Source: an uncultured delta proteobacterium
GTDB lineage: Bacteria > Desulfobacterota > Desulfobacteria > Desulfobacterales > Desulfosalsimonadaceae
Reading direction: 5' to 3'
Assembly (NCBI GenBank): GCA_963826785.1
Contig: CAWGYD010000008.1
Location: 352,001 to 416,000 of the forward strand
Length of the DNA: 64,000 nucleotides
Of the stretch, positions 62,590 through 64,000 are shown piece by piece. The translations under genes were made by a program, and so were the position numbers. Below the pieces are notes generated by a model that saw nothing but the letters and a program-made list of their open reading frames with translations, was not told the DNA's origin and made no database searches. Each line of letters begins with the position of its first letter. Positions within the stretch are counted from its first letter, which is position 1.

Positions 62590-64000
62590 ATGCATATCGA
62601 ACCTCATATTCTAGCCTCCTGCGGCTCGTTTTCCGTTGCCGTGATCGCCCTTCTGTTTGCCTTGCTGCAGGCCTGGCTTTATGCCGTCCGCCGTGAACAT
62701 GTATGGCATTTCTGGGGAATGCTGCTTTCCCTTTCCACCATGATATTCGCTTTCGGCGTGTTCCTGCAGTTTTACGGGCAACCCGATGAAATGAACCGCG
62801 TGGCGGATAAGCTCCAGATCACCGGCATTATTCTCCTGGCCTATTTTGCCCTGTGGTTCACCTATTCTTTTCTGGGGCTTTCGACCCGGACCATTTACCA
62901 GTGGCTCGGGGCCGTTTTTCACATCCTGCTCATCGTGCTTGTCTGGAAAACCCGGCTGATTATCAGCGATCAGTTTGTCTACCGTGATTTTCTTTTTCTT
63001 TCCAAGCCCTATATCGAGCCACGGCTGGGCTGGCTCGGCATCCTCGTGTTCACCTATGTCGGCATTGCAGTTTCGGCAGTGATGGTGATCCTTCTTCAAA
63101 ATTTGAATACCCATCAGGGCGAATCTAAAAACCTGTCCCTGTACTTTGCAGGATTCATCTTCTGGCTGTCGCTGGGGGTGCATGATATTCTTGTGACCCT
63201 GTTTAATCTGAAATCGATTCTGTTCTTGATGGAGTACGGGTTCCTGGCATTTTCCATCGCAGTGGTCGTCGTCGTTTTGAAAACCAACATCGATCTTTCT
63301 GCGCTCGCCGAACAGCGGGCCCAGAATCTCGTCCGTGAAAAGGAGCGGTATGAGGCCCTCTCCGAGGTGATTTTCGATTATGCCTTTGCTTTCCGGGTGG
63401 AACCCGACGGCCGTTTCATTCCGGACTGGACCGTCGGCCCCATAGAACGCATGACCGGTTTTACCGCCAGAGAACTGTCCGATTTTAAAACGCTTAGAAC
63501 GTTTATTCATGCCGAGGACCGCCCCGTCGTAAAGCAGCATATGCTCCGGCTGCTGGAAGGGAATTCGGAAACCGTTGAATTCCGTATCCGGACGAAAAGA
63601 GGGCAGACCCGGTGGATGCGCAACCACGGGCGTTCAATTTACGATCACCAGCAGCAAAGGACCACCTATATCTATGGGGCCATGCAGGATATCACAGAAA
63701 AAAAAGAAGCTGAAAAGGCGCTCCGGGAAAACGAAAGAAAATACCGGCTCCTGGTTGAAAACGCCAACGACGCCATCATTATTCTGCAGAACGGACGGGT
63801 TCTTTTCCCAAATCCCCGCGCCCTTGCCATCACCGGCTATTCTCTGGAGGAGTTGACGAAGATAGACATCGAAGATCTGCTGCATCCGGAAGACAAGGAA
63901 ATGGTCATCGAAAAGTACGAGGAAAGCCTGTCCGGTCAAGAAATCGAGCGGCCCTATACCTTTCGCCTGGTGACCCGGCAGAGACAGATCCGCATTGTTC
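62590..64000 (+). CDS. Membrane (about 7 TM) sensor with PAS domains, 3' end runs off the window
   Basis: Not in the ORF track; translated by hand from ATG at 62590. Hydrophobic segments, then FIHAEDR...EFRIRTKRG..RW...QDITEKK and YRLLVENANDAI...LHPEDK. No stop before 64000. Confidence 0.85.
   Translation, partial: MHIEPHILASCGSFSVAVIALLFALLQAWLYAVRREHVWHFWGMLLSLSTMIFAFGVFLQFYGQPDEMNRVADKLQITGIILLAYFALWFTYSFLGLSTRTIYQWLGAVFHILLIVLVWKTRLIISDQFVYRDFLFLSKPYIEPRLGWLGILVFTYVGIAVSAVMVILLQNLNTHQGESKNLSLYFAGFIFWLSLGVHDILVTLFNLKSILFLMEYGFLAFSIAVVVVVLKTNIDLSALAEQRAQNLVREKERYEALSEVIFDYAFAFRVEPDGRFIPDWTVGPIERMTGFTARELSDFKTLRTFIHAEDRPVVKQHMLRLLEGNSETVEFRIRTKRGQTRWMRNHGRSIYDHQQQRTTYIYGAMQDITEKKEAEKALRENERKYRLLVENANDAIIILQNGRVLFPNPRALAITGYSLEELTKIDIEDLLHPEDKEMVIEKYEESLSGQEIERPYTFRLVTRQRQIRIV

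Overview
GC-rich bacterial chromosomal window. Gene content (sigma-54 two-component system, tungsten-type AOR, CooC, DUF362/4Fe-4S, DUF3365 heme-c kinase, FmdB, PilZ) suggests an anaerobic Desulfobacterota/deltaproteobacterial organism; this is inference. In order, it holds: (1) a ZraSR-like sigma-54 sensor/regulator pair divergent from a CusCBA-type Cu(I)/Ag(I) efflux operon with a Met/His-rich periplasmic protein, with a small MITE in the operon leader; (2) a methyltransferase, an FmdB zinc-ribbon protein, orphan kinases and tRNA-Pro(GGG); (3) a candidate RAPP-motif leader ORF, OmpA, and a sulfotransferase unit; (4) the chalcone-isomerase-like/MFS/DUF1295/FAD-oxidoreductase/DUF1365/DUF2177 lipid-modification cluster with no cfa-type methyltransferase; (5) U32/RlhA-like, cooC-helicase-cls-PilZ, and a heme-c multi-PAS kinase; (6) an SCP2-Fe-ADH-AOR operon; (7) HtrA, an NdvB-like glucan synthase, a GAF protein, a type IIIA H+-ATPase, an aminotransferase, USP, a second RND system, DUF362, acyl-CoA carboxylase, and a partial membrane/PAS sensor. 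At least seven frameshifts in five otherwise intact genes suggest indel errors in the assembly. No CRISPR array, rRNA, transposase or integrase was seen. The best novelty candidates are a possible C-terminal selenocysteine in the FmdB protein, a possible RAPP arrest peptide, and a CusA with extra TM segments and a duplicated Trp-rich insert.
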